From assembly GCA_017405845.1 (NCBI GenBank), contig JAFQZQ010000017.1:6855-70854 (forward strand): a stretch of DNA of 64,000 nucleotides. The letters run 5' to 3'. Source of the DNA: Mogibacterium sp. (GTDB lineage Bacteria; Bacillota; Clostridia; Peptostreptococcales; Anaerovoracaceae). Under the pieces are notes generated by a model that saw only the letters and a list, made by a program, of their open reading frames with translations, ran no database searches and was not told the origin of the DNA. Below, one piece after another: positions 63,132-64,000 of the stretch (position 1 is the stretch's first letter; every line of letters begins with the position of its first letter). Made by a program: the position numbers and the translations under genes.

Positions 63132-63854
63132 TTATTCAGGCTTATGCCATTTTCCAAAGTATTTCCTTACATGCTCATCAGCCGGATTTTCATATACATC
63201 TGCAGGTTCACCTGTCTGAACTATCCTTCCGTTGAACATCAGGGCTATTCGGTCTGCCATTGAGAACGCTTCGTCTCTGTCGTGTGTGACCATGATCGTA
63301 GTCATGCCAAACCGTTCATGAAGGTCCTTCACAAGACTGCGCATATCGTCCCTCAGGTTTTCATCCAGAGAAGAGAACGGTTCATCGAGAAGCAGCAGTC
63401 TCGGTTCCGCTGCCAGTGCTCTTGCCAGCGCTACGCGCTGCATCTGCCCTCCTGACAGGCTTGAAATACGTCTGTCATCAAATCCATCAAGCTGCACATA
63501 GCTGAGAAATTCAGCCGCCTTTGTTCTTCTTTCTGCTTTTCTTATTCCTTTTATTTTCAGTGGATATGCTACATTCTCCGAGACAGTCATGTTAGGAAAC
63601 AGCCTCATGTCCTGAAACACTATGACTGTGCCCCTTTTGTGAGGCGGCATGTCATTGATAGTTTCTCCATCAAGCCTGATGACACCGTTCTTTACGGTAT
63701 TGATGCCTGCTATAGTCTTAAGCAAAGTGCTTTTACCGCATCCGCTTGGGCCAAGCAGTATGAGAAATTCCTTTTCCTCAACACCGAGGTCTACCTGCTC
63801 AAGAATCGTGCTGCTTCCTATGCCTACTGTAAGATCTCTTATCTCTAGTTTCAT
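63132..63854 (-). CDS. ABC transporter ATP-binding protein (PotA/FbpC-like importer class, substrate unknown)
   Basis: 240 aa. Walker A GPSGCGKST, Q-loop, signature LSGGQMQRVALARAL, Walker B LLLLDEPFSSLD, H-loop VTHD. Confidence 0.88.
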   Translation of the reverse strand: MKLEIRDLTVGIGSSTILEQVDLGVEEKEFLILLGPSGCGKSTLLKTIAGINTVKNGVIRLDGETINDMPPHKRGTVIVFQDMRLFPNMTVSENVAYPLKIKGIRKAERRTKAAEFLSYVQLDGFDDRRISSLSGGQMQRVALARALAAEPRLLLLDEPFSSLDENLRDDMRSLVKDLHERFGMTTIMVTHDRDEAFSMADRIALMFNGRIVQTGEPADVYENPADEHVRKYFGKWHKPE

Positions 63855-64000
63855 TTTGTCTTTACCATCCTGTGTATCAGCGTCTCAAGGATAAAGAACA
63901 CTATCAATGCCGAACCGACGAATACTACGGCATATATCGACGCAAGCGCCCTGTCTCCGCTCTGTATGTATGGCACCAGCACCAGAGCAAGTGTTTTTAT
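63851..64000 (-). CDS. ABC transporter permease, C-terminal end only (gene runs off the right edge)
   Basis: Absent from the ORF track because it is truncated. The minus-strand frame reads ...ALVLVPYIQSGDRALASIYAVVFVGSALIVFFILETLIHRMVKTK*. It is hydrophobic, and its TGA overlaps the ATPase ATG (ATGA). Confidence 0.55.
   Translation of the reverse strand: MKTLALVLVPYIQSGDRALASIYAVVFVGSALIVFFILETLIHRMVKTK

Noticed and set aside
1-64000. A search for CRISPR arrays, tRNA/rRNA genes, toxin-antitoxin pairs, restriction-modification or other defence systems, and prophage remnants.
   Set aside because: No direct-repeat/spacer periodicity, no tRNA-like GGTTCGAATCC arms, and no ORFs with nuclease/methylase/abortive-infection signatures beyond housekeeping SbcCD, Nth and RadC. 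Every ORF above about 100 aa on the coding strand is accounted for by a housekeeping assignment, except the three hypotheticals reported.

Overview
This window is compact core genome from a Firmicute, probably a Clostridia-type anaerobe. Supporting markers are a PolC-type replicase, RNase Y, a T-box leader, butyrate kinase, and plsX/plsY. GC content is mid-40s to about 50% by eye.

I call 53 protein genes, two of them truncated at the window edges, and 51 lie on the minus strand. They form long, tightly packed housekeeping strings:
- secG-tpiA-pgk
- sbcCD-nth-(M50 peptidase)-miaB-gpsA-plsY-der-ftsY-smc-rnc-plsX
- rlmN and ileS
- ppk1-pnp-rpsO
- ribF-truB-nrnA-rbfA-infB-ylxR-nusA-rimP
- a class A PBP, then an ArsR/HMA/P1B-ATPase metal-efflux cassette, then buk
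- polC-ispG-rseP-cdsA-uppS-frr-pyrH-thrS, with a Thr T-box leader on thrS
- thiI-iscS-rny
- a low-GC surface-protein gene, then murE-radC, cmk-nrdR, and the start of an ABC transporter

I found no rRNA, tRNA, CRISPR array, transposase, integrase, phage gene or recognisable defence system. By content this is an ordinary core region rather than an accessory island.

The observations most worth following up are:
1. The polC gene lacks the DnaQ-like proofreading exonuclease insertion that canonical PolC carries inside its PHP domain.
2. An unannotatable 85-aa plus-strand ORF abuts the polC stop codon.
3. An ~7.4-kb block (PBP, metal efflux, buk, small ORF) splits the normally contiguous polC | rimP-nusA-infB string.
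4. A low-GC secreted Ig/FN3-like protein gene sits between murE and rny.
5. The class A PBP has a ~290-aa Lys/Ala/Glu-rich cytoplasmic extension with repeated LSFDFxNKP motifs.
6. There are several candidate cis-regulatory elements: an NrdR box on the nrdR promoter, an ArsR-type operator, a rimP leader hairpin, an rpsO leader and a thrS T-box.

All coordinates of hairpins, boxes and promoters were derived by hand and may be off by 1-2 nt. No database search or folding calculation was possible.
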